DNA of 64,000 nt from NCBI RefSeq assembly GCF_009834535.1, contig NC_045697.1:55120001-55184000 (forward strand). Direction: 5' to 3'. Position 1 is the first letter of the stretch. The number at the start of each line of letters is the position of its first letter. The notes beneath the pieces are model-generated. The model was not told where the DNA came from. It ran no database searches and was given only the letters and a program-made list of their open reading frames with translations. Shown one piece after another: positions 63,991 to 64,000 of the stretch. This DNA comes from Camelus ferus. Taxonomy: Eukaryota. Made by a program: the position numbers and the translations under genes.

Positions 63991-64000
63991 CAGTCAAAAA

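Noticed and set aside
1..64000. tRNA, rRNA, snRNA, miRNA genes, CpG-island promoter or processed pseudogene
   Set aside because: None was recognisable by eye. A covariance-model scan (Rfam/tRNAscan) would be needed to exclude small RNAs formally.

Overview
This is AT-rich, CpG-depleted placental-mammal nuclear DNA, intronic or intergenic, and not prokaryotic. I found no supportable host protein-coding exon, RNA gene, CpG island or CRISPR array. Much of the window is fossil transposable elements: L1 LINEs of several ages, L2 and MIR, MaLR and ERV1-type solo LTRs (several with readable 4-bp target-site duplications), a ~2.1 kb decayed ERV-L gag-pro-pol fragment, and hAT and Tigger DNA transposons. 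Microsatellites are also present. Only two listed ORFs match real proteins, and both are transposon relics: the L1 ORF2 C-terminus (13873-14394, -) and an ERV-L reverse transcriptase piece (36342-36584, -). The young L1 3' UTR and the absence of Alu, B1, Bov-A/tA, PRE-1, Can-SINE or ERE SINEs suggest a camelid; this is inference. I did not find a new biological system. The most informative observations are mechanistic fossils: a twin-primed inverted L1, tiny L1 insertions with TSDs, an LTR with a tandem ~165-bp duplication ending in hairpins, and a TSD split by CpG decay. There are also a few repeat-poor intervals that could hold regulatory elements. Repeat family names come from my recollection of consensus sequences, not from a search. 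Boundaries without TSD or TIR evidence are approximate.
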